A stretch of 63,312 nucleotides of DNA, filler included, from Asterionella formosa (GCA_002256025.1; 11 parts of 11 records of this genome joined end to end with filler, not necessarily neighbours in it), one strand, 5' to 3'. Shown: positions 24,533 to 37,160, counted from the whole stretch's first letter. The notes: generated from the sequence alone by a model not told the origin. Numbers and translations: made by a program.

Positions 24533-25725
24533 TTACATAGTAGCACAAGACTCACTCCATCCTTTGGGTTCTACATTTGGATCACAATCAAAAATTCCTC
24601 GTCTCGCCTCCATGACCCTTTCTCGGGCTACTTCCAAGTAGTCTTCACCCCACTCTTCCGGAGCATCTCCAGCTGGAATCAGTCTATGCCACAAAATGTT
24701 AGAAAACCTTGCATAATTATTGAACAATAAATCATCTCAATCTTCTATAATGTACAGACTTACTTCACTTGATCAAAAAGAATTCGCCACATTGTAAAAT
24801 TCTGACAACGTCCCTGGCAAGCCCACGATGTTGTTCCAAAGTCAGCGATCGTGTCCTGGTAACGGTACATTGGATGGGGTATCATCTGCCTGCCACGACA
24901 CTCTTTGCACTCATACACAAGTGGACGACGTCGTCCCAAAAAGCAAGCGTCACAGACAGCTGCGTTTTCAACCAATTGTGCTTTGGTTTGATTGCAAATT
25001 TGACACTTTCCGGCTGTGGTCACGGGCAATATGGATAATAGTGGCATGTTACTGGTTGAGACCGAAATCCAGGATCGACAACGAGGGCAACGCCCAATGC
25101 GAGTGTTGGAGTCTGATGTTGGACTGCTAAGTAGTAACATGCAAGCTGTGCAAACCTTGGTGGTGGATGTTTCTTCCTTGCCATCCGCTCCACAACAGGG
25201 CAGGTAAGCAAAGGTGACAGACGACGTTTTCGGCGACGACGCTTGGTCCGCTTCGTCAAAGCAAATGGCGCAATGCAACTTCGGGAAATCGGTAGAGCGT
25301 TCCGCTTCAAAGAGAACACCCGCTTTTGAATCTGTAGCTGTCGTTTCTTTCGGAAAAAATGCCGGCTTATCATCGGCAAGCTCAGTGCCGCAAACAATCA
25401 TGTCGTCAATATCAGGGAAGGCAAACATAGTCGGATCATTTAGTTTTGCATTCTTTTCCATAATTTGCAGACGAACCAGGGCAGCTTCCCGGTCTGTCAA
25501 TCCACGTTCTTCTGTACGCAACGCTTCTTCAACTTTCTGAAGCTCGTATTCGTGCTGCAATTCTACGCCTGTGGCGCAAGCAACGACGGAGTCAATCGTT
25601 TCGAGCACATCGTCAGTGTTGGCACAATAGACAGTCGCCAAGGCTGATTGATTCGGGATCAAAGATGGCTCGTCTACATCCACACGTTTTAGGCTCGTGT
25701 CTCCTTCCTCTGTCGTTGTTGCCAT
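24533..25725 (-). CDS. RING-like/multi-Zn-finger protein with C-terminal CaaX box, 370 aa; exons 25725-24764 and 24683-24533
   Basis: 80-nt intron GTAAGT...TTCTAAC...TAG (24763-24684) joins DQVK-LIPAGD in frame; CAIC..LPCC..CTAC..CPRC, CQIC..CDAC, CKEC..CQGRC; ends CATM*. Confidence 0.85.
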
Positions 25726-25862
25726 TGATAGATTGGACAGAAGTCTTCACTCGACGCATAAGCTCGACAAGTTCGCTTTACTTGACGGCACCGTAATAAT
25801 AATGGTCGTTGTTGTACAGTTTCTATGTACCGGTAAAATGGTTCATAATCTATTTACCGGGA

Positions 25863-26130
25863 ATCGTCTTGCTCTCGATGAGAACTGTGGGTGTCTAAGT
25901 AATTTTGGTGTCTTTTAAGTAATTATAATTTAGGGGCAATATAGGGGCATAGTGGATTTTTCGGGGGTCTATGTATGTTATTAGGATTGATTGAGCACAG
26001 GGACGATCGAGCAACGGCAGGAATACATAAAATTTTTATGGGAAAGTTTAGAAATGTACCGTATCAAACACATGCATGGAACACCGATTACATGCATGAA
26101 AAATGATGACACAAGCATCGAAAAATTCGA
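25863..26130 (+). repeat. Diverged copy of the dispersed repeat at 51029-51355 / 58128-58480
   Basis: Shared start ATCGTCTTGC, TAAGTAATT repeats, GGGCAATAT.GGGCA; ACATGATGTTT just downstream. Confidence 0.5.
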
Positions 26131-27749
26131 CATGATGTTTTGAAGCAACCATATCATGAAATGGAAATCAAAAGGTAAGAAGGGTCAATGACGAGCAAGG
26201 AGTAGAAAAAATAGTGAAAAAGAAAATGAGTTAGCTGAAAAGTCATGGGGAAATTGTCAACGCATGTTCATTAACAATTGTCAACTCAAACTTTCTTCAC
26301 GTCGTCCAAGCAAAAATAAAGAAATAATTCAAGCTGGCCAAGAGACGCAGCTACTGCTTATTATATTGTCTATGGAGGAATTGTGACTTGGTATGGTGGT
26401 TGTGGAGGAGCATCCGTGTTATTGTAAACTTTGGTGGCATTGGTGTAGTGTGATGTTAGCATATTGTAAAAGAGGAGGAGAAGGATGAACTGGGTGGCTG
26501 GAGTTTCTAAAAAACAAGATCACTATCAATATCATGGTTGGACATTTTCTAGTATGCAGTGACAGAGTCCCTTTTAATTGTAGGGTTCAATCCAGAAAAG
26601 ATAAGCTGAGATGACAATCAACTTGCCTTGTCGATTGCATTAGGTGTGGTGTAGCATTGGAGTATCATGGTCCATTGGAAGTTGTTGTTGACATGAATGA
26701 TGTCGATCATAATGATTCAAATTCTGGTTCGGAAATCATTCAGTTGCTGCTTTGAACAGGAAGAGCAAATCCGATAGTGCGCTTTTTGTTCGACAAGGCA
26801 CCGGAGCAGAGTGTAAAAGGTATTGAGTTTCAGCAAAGACAAATAGAAGCAAACAAATACAATAATCAACAGAATGTACCGCAGCTTGGGAATAAATTTG
26901 AAGCATTAGAAATATTGAAGCTGCAGCCAAAAGTAACAAATGTGATGCTGGTTTTTGAGAAAATTGGAATGCGAGGAGATTATGCCATCATTGAGGTTTT
27001 CAATGTGGACAACAATAGAACTAGAGTATTGGTATGACTGTAACTTGCATGGAAACAAACAAACAACAATCAACAAAACATACCAGAGTGAACCAACCAG
27101 GATCACAAGAGCAGTTCACAGATTCCTGTTGTCATCCCAATATATGTCTTATATGAAGGGCAATTTGCAGGACTGAGTAATCAAAAGACTGAAAAATTGA
27201 AATATACAAGATGCAAGTGGCTAGTTTGCATCCAACATACAAACTGTCTAAAAAAATTAATGTTAACTGAAAGAGCAATGTAGCGGCAAAAAGCGCACCA
27301 ATAGCTAGGCTGTGAATTTTGCCTAGTTAAGTCCCTACTCGGGAGGAGTCTGCATACTCGTAATCATATGCACTCAACTTGGGAGGCCCTTGCAGGTAGA
27401 AATTCTTGCAATGCCAGGGGTGCTGCTCATTTGGTCAACCTACTTGCACCTCCCAAGCCTCAAACACAAGAATACTCATGGGCAGTCTCCACCTATGGAT
27501 GTTTCTTACCTTCAAAATTTTATAGCCCATTTTTGCAACACCTTTTTCTAGGCAGGGAGTCTTTCATTGTGCTACCTGCCAACAAGACCTGTGCTTCCCT
27601 AGTTTTGTTAGCGTGGGTGAGTCCCCAACCACCTTTTGTGAAAGGTGATCATCTTAGCCACAACATTAGGGGAAACTCTGACCACCTAACAAGCTGCTTG
27701 TAGGGGGGCTACCCACTATTTCTTGCACAACAAGCAAGACCTAGCAGAA

Positions 27750-27860
27750 CGGTAAGGAGTGTGGGAGTTGAACCCAACAATTTCTTCTCAAAAACATTTG
27801 GGAATCGAACCTAGCAACCTCAGATCAAAGGCAACATGCTAAACCACTAAGCCATTCCCC
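27750..27860 (-). mobile_element. tRNA-like Pol III head (SINE-like)
   Basis: Minus strand GGGGAATGGCTTAGTGG...GGTTCGATTCCC, same start as 2753; second B-box-like GGGTTCAACTCCC downstream; acceptor and anticodon stems do not close. Confidence 0.5.
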
Positions 27861-28255
27861 TTGTGTCTTACCTTCCGTATGCTTCTGTTTAAGCATAATG
27901 AATTTTAGCGGAATGATATAGGTACCAGTATTTGATGGTGAAAACCCCATCAGCAACCTCTGGGTTTCTCCACCGTGACCCAGAGCATAATCACCCAAGC
28001 TAGCCCTTTTGAAAGTCCATGACCTTCTTCACCTGCTCATAAATTACATAGGTTATTGTTTTCCATAAAAAAATCCTTTTTCTGTTTGAGTACATCAATA
28101 AAAATATTATTATTGTACGATTCACATCGAAGAATATCTATGATCAACAGTGGTAGTCTAATGCAAATGTATACATATATATTTTTGGTAATCTATAGTC
28201 TCCCTAGTCAGAGGCTATATGAAAATTTATTATTCTATTCTATATTTTAATATTT

Positions 28256-28440
28256 TAGAGTGTAGTGGTTAACCCCCCTTAGTGGTGGTGGGTTAGCTTC
28301 TTGCATTTTCCACGTTTGTTTAGTATTCATGTAGTCCTTGCTTTCCAGGTGGTGGCGGGGCAAACAAAAAGAAGGTCTAAGGCCCACTGGGGGCCACGTG
28401 AGACTTCACAACTTCCAATACTGTTTATCTCTTTATAAGT
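28256..28440 (+). mobile_element. SINE-like element, copy 3 (diverged); 3' tail fragments also on minus strand at 29070-29125 and 30060-30122
   Basis: GTGTAGTGG A-box remnant, TCATGTAGTCC body, CTGGGGGCCACGTGAGACTTCACAAC tail matching 2890-2920. Confidence 0.55.
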
Positions 28441-30750
28441 AGTACTGCACCATGAAGTTCCCTTAATAATTTTAATGTAGTCTACATTGTTTATACTTCA
28501 CACAATTATAAAAAATATGTTCTTTGAAAAAGGGCAATCTCAACAGGGATACAATTTTTCGTTTTTGTATATTTTGACAAAACGTGAATTTCATCAAATC
28601 TTTACAGAGATAAATTTCTACAATAGTATCGCTGTGACAGCAAATAACTTAGTCTCTTTTATTTCGCCCCAAACAGCATTCATGGCGTCTTCTAAAACTT
28701 CCTTTCGCTCACTTTTGAGTGATTTCAGTTATGTTTGATGTCTTTTCCTTTGGTGGGATCCCTTCAGGGATTTGAGACCATCCTCTAACGTCTACATCAA
28801 CTTGCCATGATGTCTTATCTTTGTGAGTCTATGAATGACTAACAGACAAAGTTGATTGGGGCTTACGGTAATAGTTTGCTCATCAAATCAATTCTGCAAA
28901 GTCGACTACTACAAATACAACAATACCCATAAATTGTGAAGCAAACAAATGCATTATGATTCAAGGAATAGAAGTCTAGACTAAAAGCAGCAGGATGAGT
29001 ATAAAATGGTCGAGACCACTATATCGACATCATATGGCCAGGAATACATTAATATAAATTTATATATTACTTAAATTTTATACGGCACAATTGTTAAGGA
29101 ACTCGATATTGTGGAGGCTGTGAAGGTGGTGAATGCCACTATATTGATAATGCATTATACTTGGTACAAATAGATGCTCAAGACAGTGAATATAACTTAA
29201 GTTTTAAATTACGCTTTACTTGTCTGCTGTAATCAGATTATCATTTTATGTATATATAGTATACTCAAGAACTGGTGATTGGGCACACTCACGTCACCAT
29301 GTTCCTGTATTTCGTTTTTTGGCATACTTGGAAAGCTCTTGTTATCTGCAAAAATTATTATTAAACAACAAATGACAAAGAAACTACCAGTAGTAATGAT
29401 GCTACAGGGGGACAATGGGAAGCTGCATTAAACCTCCACTTTATATAAGAAAAGTCCTTAGGACGAAAGTGCCATGATTTGTCAAAAATCATTTGTGATG
29501 TAAATTCAGGAAAAACTATTATTATATCATTACTAGATGAACTACAGTAGTCGCAACCGTAGTCTAGTAGCTAGTATTATTAATGGGAACAAAAGAAATT
29601 TAAGTGCACCTGCCCACTTTTATGACGTAAAGCTCACTGTAACGCAAGGTCCAGTAAAACATGTATTGTGCACAACATCATAATTTCTTCTCCTTCCAGA
29701 TGATTTGTAGTACCATTCCTTCTTCTGTGCGGGATAGGCCAGCTTTGGATTTCAAACTTGATTTTGTAGTTGAGGGAGCATGTACAGCTGGTACACCAGG
29801 TAGCCTACCCAGCACTACGAACATTTGTAGCAGGATATCTATGATGCTCATGGTCGCAGTCATTACCACTCCTGTGTATTTTACAAAATGTAGTTTTAGA
29901 CTGATATATCAATCTACACTCTTATTATGTTAGTCTGGGTTAAGGCATTTGCCATATTGCCACCATGGCAGGCCATTGCTATATTTGTAATGCATACCTG
30001 CTTTTTAAATCATTTTTCACATTGTGGTGGAACAATGGCTACAAAATATGCACCATCGACATAAAATAAATTTAATAGTATGCTATTGGTAAAGAACTCG
30101 ACATTGTGGAGGTTGTGAAGTCAAAAAATCAATAGTTGAGTCAATGTGAATTTTCAATATGATATCCTTGTCCTTTGATGATTGATTGTGCCAAATTGTC
30201 ATCCACTTGCTGAACTGCTGACCTGGTACTGTATAGTGCTTGCCGTCAATGATGACTGCTAGTGAAAGATTGCACATTTATTTGAAATGAAGTCTTTCAA
30301 GCCAGTCTATGCCCTGTAAATTCTAAACGAGATTGAAATCAACACTTGTCAAATTTACTGAACCTTCCTGGATTCTATGCATGCACGTAGGTCATAGTAT
30401 GTTCATGTGTTTATGGCATTAGGTTGGGGGGAAATGGGAATAAAGTCAATATTGCAGCTGGGTACCCCTTAGGGTTCAGATCCTTGTTAATTGAAATGAA
30501 GCAATGATCTGCTGGGAAAAATGCAATTATTCATTGGTTCGATTGAGGATGAGAGACCAAGCCTAATCTGAAATCAGGCTTATACCAGGCTACTGGTATG
30601 ATAAGAAATGCTTGTGCTGAACCATAGCAGGTGAAAAGGAAGAAGAAATCTTTGCGAAATGATCTGCAAATCATTGAAGCCCGAGGGTATCAAATAATAA
30701 ATAGTCACGTTATAAGCTTTACTGCATTAGACAGATTTTGTTTCATACCT

Positions 30751-33700
30751 CTACTCATCTTGCTCGGGCATAGGAGCAATCAAATTCTGTTCAAAGGATC
30801 CCTGGAGAATAAAAGTAAAGGGGAAGCGGTATCGCATACAACTTAATACCAAATTCCACCAGAGGACAGCATTCTTGTTTTCACGTTCTCTCCATTTAGG
30901 GCTCAACAAGTTCTCAATACCTTCACGATCTGCCATGACAGTACGAATTTCCTTCTGTAGGACCCAAGGTGAGAGACGCTCACACATAAGCGGTGACGCT
31001 GGACCCCGTGACCCCAGAAATCTAGTTGAGCTTGATTGTACGCAAAAGTGAGGCACGAAGCGCTGGGTGCAGTTGGGGCAGCCAGTTGTGTAGTCCTGGC
31101 TATCGCAGGCGGTCCAGCCTTTGACAACGTCGTCGTCGCTCAACAAAAAATTGCATCGAGGGCAAGTTTCATTGTCTGTATCAACAGATATATCTGGGTA
31201 CACAATCTCCAGTAAATTCTCTCCGAGCTCAATTTGCATCTCAACCGGTGGCGTTCCAAAAAATTCGATGGATTTCTCACTGACCTTGGAAACTTTTGGC
31301 GTGGTCTTATTGTTGAAAAGCTTGTTCTTCAGCCTTTGGTATGTGCTAGTTGTAGCATCATCGTCGTCTTCACCTCCCTCAACGCCATCTGCAGTCCCCG
31401 AAAAAATCTCTTTCGTCCTGTCTACGAACGACTTTTCTTGCAGCTTATTCCAGTCCATTTCAACTGCGGTGCTGTTGGCCCATTCAGGGAGATCTTCTTC
31501 AACTTCTGTCGAACCTTGCTTCCAAGCACTGTCATTTGAGAAAGCAGAAACAAGACAAGAGTAGACGACTCCATCGGCAACAATGCCGTCGTCATGCATT
31601 CTCCTTAGTAACTCAGTTGCTCTCTTTGTGTCACCAACGCGACCACAGGCGTCGATCAAACATTGGTAGGCTTCGGGGTCAGCCTTGAGTCCGCGACGTT
31701 TCATCGAAGTCAACATTTCAAAGGCAAGGGCCAACTGAGCCCGTCCTGTAGCTCTGGCCTCTTCGATCTGGAGACTCGACAAGGTCTGAGTAAAACGACT
31801 TTTCGGTTCCTCAGGAGCATGATGCACTCCTTCGCTGATATTCTTGTCGACCGCGTACACTTGACCATTGTTTACGTTATAGGGAATAGTGTTTTGATAA
31901 TTGTGGTATGACTTAACAATATTCTTCTTCTTGGGGGAGTCCTCAGCATCGGGGTTGTAGATTGGTTCCTGCAACGTCTTCTCATCGGTATCATCATCAT
32001 CATCGTCTAACAGGCCTCGCAAAGCAGGCCTTGTAGACTTCATGTCGGCGACACCGGCCTTCTCTTCTTCATCGTCGTAATCGTCTTCACCGTGGTCTGC
32101 CGAAGCGACCGTCGTAGGAACGGATCGTCCTGCATCAGACTCCATATCACTTTCAAAATCAGATTCTCCAGGATGAATGTAGCTAGCAAGGATTGTCCTA
32201 TCCGGAGCTATCAGCAGTGGGTTGTCCGACATATCCATCAAGTCCTTTCCAACCATGGCGGTAAATGCCATGAAAAAAAGCGTAAAAGTGGAGACTTCCG
32301 CAGATGGCTGTGGTTCAGGGTCGCTTTCGGAGTACTTTCTTCGGATCTTTCCATCTTTTCCTGTAGTGCGAGACTTTTTACGACGAAAACGAGCAGCGTC
32401 CTTCTTTTGACGGTCGAACTCTTCAATGACAGAAGGGGGTAGAGGACGGGGTTCGCCAAAAAGCTTGCCGTTGAGTTCGGCGGGGAATGTGGGGTAGGTG
32501 TAACGGTACTTGGATTTTTGTAAAATTTCAGCAGCCTTGTCTTGAATAGTCTTTTTCTCTTTCCTGGAAGGGCTTAAAGTTGTTTGAGTTCCGTGAGTGC
32601 TCCCACGCGTACTCCCGCGAGTACTGTTAGTTCCGTGAGTACTTGAAGAACTTATGCTTGCATCATCATTGGGATCGTCTTGATATTCCGCAACAACGGG
32701 CCCACCTTCTTGATGCTGTCCGATCGGAAGTGGTGGTAATGCTTCGGAACTTGGTTCTGGTGGCACGATGGTCTTGAGTTTACGATGGACACGGGCACTC
32801 TGTAAAGTAGGCTCTCTCATTTTCGTTGCATTCGATGGATTGGATGATGGGCCTTTTTTAGAACTTGGTGTGCGGAAGAAATGTTTGGTGCTGCGTCTAC
32901 TGTCAGTTACACCACTGGCTGCCAAAATCCTTCCGCTGACATCTACATTTGAGAGAATTCCTTGAGTTTTGAGAAAACTATCTACAGCTTGGTCGAAAAA
33001 CGTGACATCCGCCTCTCCACTTCCATATAAACGCTTCGTCACAAAATCATCAAACATTTGTGTTCCAATAAGTTGCTGCAAAAGTTCTTGCATATCAAAT
33101 CGTTGCGATGAGACAAAGTCCTTCGACCGAAATCCAGCTCCGCCATAAGACCCTTCGTTTTCCTTGGAAGGAAAGACCAAAAACTTTCGATAGTTGCGTA
33201 GCAAGTAAACATAACAGTCCAAAAACGCTTCCTGCACAGCATCCCATTGCGATTGCTTACGAAGATTCAGTTTTTCGGCCGCTGTCATGATACGCATAAA
33301 CTCACCATCTCGGTCCGACAAGTCCATACCGGATGTGTCGTTGCCGTTCAACAAGTTCTTCCGCGACTCCTCTGGAGTAAAAAATAAATGAAACGCTTCG
33401 TCAAACAAACACAAACGACCTTCCCACATGGCATCGGCCATTTGTTTGACATGCTGTGGTAAGTGTATGCCATGATCGGAATAATCGTCGTTCTTTGTCA
33501 ACGACCGGGCTTCACGAAAGACCATACCGGCATTGTCGTCAAGGTGTGAACGGAGTAAGTTTTCCATCTGTGGAGGAAGTGACGGCAATGGAGCTGTTCC
33601 GGGTCCCAGTGTTACCAAATTCTTGTCTAAGTCTACCACGACGCATTCCCTCGATAAGTCCTCCAAGGCAGCGGCCAAGTTACTCTTATCAATACCACAA

Positions 33701-34933
33701 AGAAAGGGCATGGGTGCGGAAAGCATTGGAACAAGAAAATGTGGCAAGACTGGAATGTAGGCATGCGACCATCGCATTGGAAACAAAAGCGAAATCAAAA
33801 TCTCCGAACACGACGTAAGCAGGGAGAGTTGAGTCGAAGTCAATAGGACTTGTCGCTCCAGGGCAAGGCAGTGCCAGACGAGCATGATGTTGTCAATGTC
33901 CAAGCATTCAAAAAGATGCGAGAAGGGCAGCGATACCCAAGCAATGGGTTGATTGTATGGAGGAGACCAAATCTTGATCACCGAATCCAGAATCGTAGTT
34001 TGAACTTCAAAGGCACCTGGTGGTGGAGCCGGAATTTCGGCACAAAAGTTCGCTATGTACCGTTCCAGTGGAAGGGTCATTGCTCCCATTTTGGAGAATC
34101 GGTTGATTTGGGTAAGAAATTCTCGGAAGGCCATGAGGTATTGATAGCTGGATAAGATGACGAGACACTTGGGTAAATATACTTCCTTCTTCTTTTCCGA
34201 TTGTCGGGCGTCCTTTCGTTGAGCTGTGATGATGTACGGCTCCCAGAGCGTTAGACACGTTCCGTACATGAACTTTCCATTACCACCAGTAGCAACGAAA
34301 TAATGAACCTGATGGGGATTACCATGGGAACAGATACATGTGAGAATATCGCATACATAAATTTCCGAGGGAAGGCCAATGGCAGCATTTCGATTTGAGA
34401 GCCCGGCAATTGTATAGCTCTGACCGTTGAGTATATTTTGTACCAGCGTCTACGCGTGGAGAGCAGCTGTTCAAGCACGACCGTCATTGGCACACTCGCC
34501 TCTCGTACAACCTCCTGAATAAGTAACCTACCTTGGGCATAGTCATTTGCGTTCTTAGCTGAATTCCTCCCGAAGGATGGCAAAAGAAGGTGACACTCTC
34601 AGTCAACGCATTACCTGGGTGATCCTCAGTCGGAAATCGCGCAGTCACGACCGGCTGAAAATCAAAATCGTCGACGAAAAACTCTTCGTCTTCATCAAAG
34701 TCGAGCATATGGCCGTCTCTTGATGGACTTTGTGCATCTTCAAAGCTAGAAGCTCCGTGTATTGAGACTCCATCCTTCGTCTCCGACTTGGGAATGGAAG
34801 ATACAACAACAAAGTACTCCACAAGGCGACGAACCCCGGCGTCCTTATCACTGACTGTTACGATCTTTGACTTCTTCTTGACCTCAGGGGATAGCTGATC
34901 CTTGATGTCTGGGCCCGGAGGAACGAGCGCCAT
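30751..34933 (-). CDS. DENN-domain Rab GEF with PPR repeats, DENND4/Crag-like, 1319 aa; exons 34933-34532 and 34308-30751
   Basis: uDENN (RLVEYFVVV, FFCHP, YGTCLTLWE), cDENN (LERQVLL, YIPVLP, APMPFLCG), dDENN (TQMFDDF), PPR (AYQCLIDACGRVG), C-terminal CPRC..GW..CPNC and LSPWVLQKE; 223-nt GT-AG intron 34531-34309 keeps frame. Confidence 0.92.
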
Positions 34934-35277
34934 GGTCTACAACTTGTACTATTGTGAGAGCTTCAATGGATTGCGTCGTCGTTACCTTGCTTTTCTTGTT
35001 GCCTATAACACGTTGAGGATGAATATACTGTATATATATGATCATTTATCTACCGGCATGTTGCTCACATAATGGATGTACCAGGTAACGTACGATACAT
35101 CGTGCTTGAGCCAACATACAAATACAGTAACCTCGGAGTACCTGCAAGTTGCGGTCATTTTGCTAAAATTTATGACGTGATGCTGGACAGGCGGGTTTAA
35201 TGCATAGAAAACGTCATCAATTCACTCTTTAAAATCATCTGTTGTATGATCACAACTTTTACTGACATAGGTTTTAT

Positions 35278-35395
35278 GGGGCGATCTTAACAGAGATGCA
35301 AATTTAAAAAATTTATTTTGTATTTACCTTCAGGAAAAAATGAATCTTTACAGAGATACATTTCACAAACATATCCCAGTAAAGTAATAGCGAAA
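35278..35395. mobile_element. Terminal fragment of the same PIF/Harbinger family
   Basis: GGGGCGATCTTAACAGA... aligns with the reverse complement of 20950-21074. Confidence 0.7.
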
Positions 35396-35739
35396 CATCT
35401 AAGCCGCGTATTACGTGAAGTGACCATCACATAAATAAGCCTAGTTGATTTTGAATGCATCACATGAATTAGTTGAATACATCAAAATACGTAGTTGAAT
35501 ATATCTATATATTATCTGAATACATCACGTTAAATATTTGATCAAAGTATCATGCATGCATTCCTGATCATCACTATATTATGTGATCACGTTCACATAA
35601 TTATTTGAAATACTTCACATAATTATTTGAAATACTTCACATAATTATTTGAAATACTTCACATAATTATTTGAAAATACTTCACATAATTATTTGAAAT
35701 ACTTCACGTAATTCTGTAATTTCGTTCACATAATTCTAG
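35396..35739 (-). mobile_element. Helitron-like repeat, copy 2, with five 22-bp tandem units (TTCACATAATTATTTGAAATAC)
   Basis: Near-identical to copies 1 and 3; inserted in the Harbinger end; contig ends inside it. Confidence 0.7.
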
Positions 35740-35839
35740 NNNNNNNNNNNNNNNNNNNNNNNNNNNNNNNNNNNNNNNNNNNNTTAATTAATTAANNNNN
35801 NNNNNNNNNNNNNNNNNNNNNNNNNNNNNNNNNNNNNNN

Positions 35840-36011
35840 GAAGTTGAATGGTGATAGGGTTGTTGGTAGGTCGTTTGTTGATGACAGGTAAATCAACAGT
35901 GGCGTAATTGCCAGAACTACCTGAATCAGCAATGAGTGTGACGGGGGGACAAGTGATGGGAGATAAGTTTGTGTTAATAGTATTATCGACAGCAACTTGC
36001 TCCCCTCCACA
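35840..36011 (-). CDS. Start of copia pol (aspartic protease), in frame with gag after a single TGA; truncated by contig end
   Basis: CGGEQVAVDNTINTNLSPITCPPVTLIADSGSSGNYATVDLPVINKRPTNNPITIQL; DSG protease motif; no ATG. Confidence 0.8.
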
Positions 36012-37100
36012 TCAAGCAAGTGGTGAAGGTGGCGGTGAAACACTGGGTGGCCGGGTAGGACGGGGACCATCACTGAAAAGACGGACGCTGCCACCCAGAC
36101 GTCGATCAAGGGTGGCATTGAGTTGATGGCCAGAAGCTGGATGATTGCAAGTTGCACTGGTATGGTCAGGGTTTTTGGTAAGACCATGAGTCCAACAATA
36201 GCCTAATTGGACATTGTTGTAAGTGTATCCAGAAGGGACAGCACGAGCAGTGGCAGCAATAGCTGGCAATGGAGGAGGGCCACTGGTTTGAATGGCAGCA
36301 TGGGCACCATGATAACCGGCAGTGGTGGCGGTGGCAAGGCGCAATCGTTCCTTATCAGCATGCATGAAATGCGGGCAAAAATTAACCCATGTACGGTCCA
36401 GCTCAGCGCGATCACGCCAAGTTTGAATGCTATGAGAATATACACCAGCCTGTTCTAAAGCAGAAAGAGTCAATCGCATGACAGTACTGTCAGAGAAAGG
36501 TTTCCCACCAGCATTGGCAATGGCACAAAGATGTTTGATGCGGATCCATAAATGCTCAATAGGTTCCTCTGGTGTCCAAGCATCGGCCAAGCGCATGCGA
36601 TTGAGTTCCAAATCATCCACACTCAATGTTGCATATGTAGATTCTAAGTGAGCAAGTAAGGTCAGAACAGTGATGTCTGCATATCCAAATGTAGCATCTT
36701 CCAGAACGTTGTAGTAGGTTGGGTCAATGGCTGTTAGAATTTGTTGTCGGAGAATTTCACGGATTTGGGAGTAATGACGGAATGCATCAAGGGAGGTGTC
36801 AAAGAGACGGTTGGCAGCAGTGATTTGGGACTGTGTTGCAGTAGCACTGTGTGGCGGCTGGATGCCGGGATTTTCGGGCGGTACAAAGGGTTCACAGGCA
36901 CGTAAAAGATAAGGAGCAGCAGCCATGACAATACCAAGGAAACCATTGGCACCACCACCACTGGTACAGTGGACAGAGCGAGCGTTGGCAAAGAGTTCCT
37001 TGCGAAGGCGGGTTACAGTGAAGGCTGTAGGTTTGCCCTCGATCGGCGTCAAGAGCGGATGAGGGAATGGGAAAACAGCGGAAACGATTGGAGTCGTCAT
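36012..37100 (-). CDS. Gag-like ORF of a diatom Ty1/copia (CoDi) retrotransposon, 362 aa
   Basis: LTPIEGKP, GGGANGFLG, YCWTHG..HTSATC..GH..ATLDRRLGGS motif pattern of CoDi gag; followed by protease. Confidence 0.85.
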   Translation of the reverse strand: MTTPIVSAVFPFPHPLLTPIEGKPTAFTVTRLRKELFANARSVHCTSGGGANGFLGIVMAAAPYLLRACEPFVPPENPGIQPPHSATATQSQITAANRLFDTSLDAFRHYSQIREILRQQILTAIDPTYYNVLEDATFGYADITVLTLLAHLESTYATLSVDDLELNRMRLADAWTPEEPIEHLWIRIKHLCAIANAGGKPFSDSTVMRLTLSALEQAGVYSHSIQTWRDRAELDRTWVNFCPHFMHADKERLRLATATTAGYHGAHAAIQTSGPPPLPAIAATARAVPSGYTYNNVQLGYCWTHGLTKNPDHTSATCNHPASGHQLNATLDRRLGGSVRLFSDGPRPTRPPSVSPPPSPLA

Positions 37101-37160
37101 GGTGGAAGAAGGCCTGAGAGACAGGGACAGCGAACGGGCAAGCGGTGCTGGATGGTTGAT

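Noticed and set aside
30903..34258. Many short ORFs overlapping the DENN, 38327, 42111, 45737 and 49275 genes
   Set aside because: Shadow ORFs of GC-richer coding sequence.
35592..35702. 22-bp periodic array (also 57181-57272) and ~30-bp arrays at 15006 and 16210 as possible CRISPR
   Set aside because: Units are contiguous with no unique spacers, there are no cas genes, and the context is eukaryotic TE sequence.
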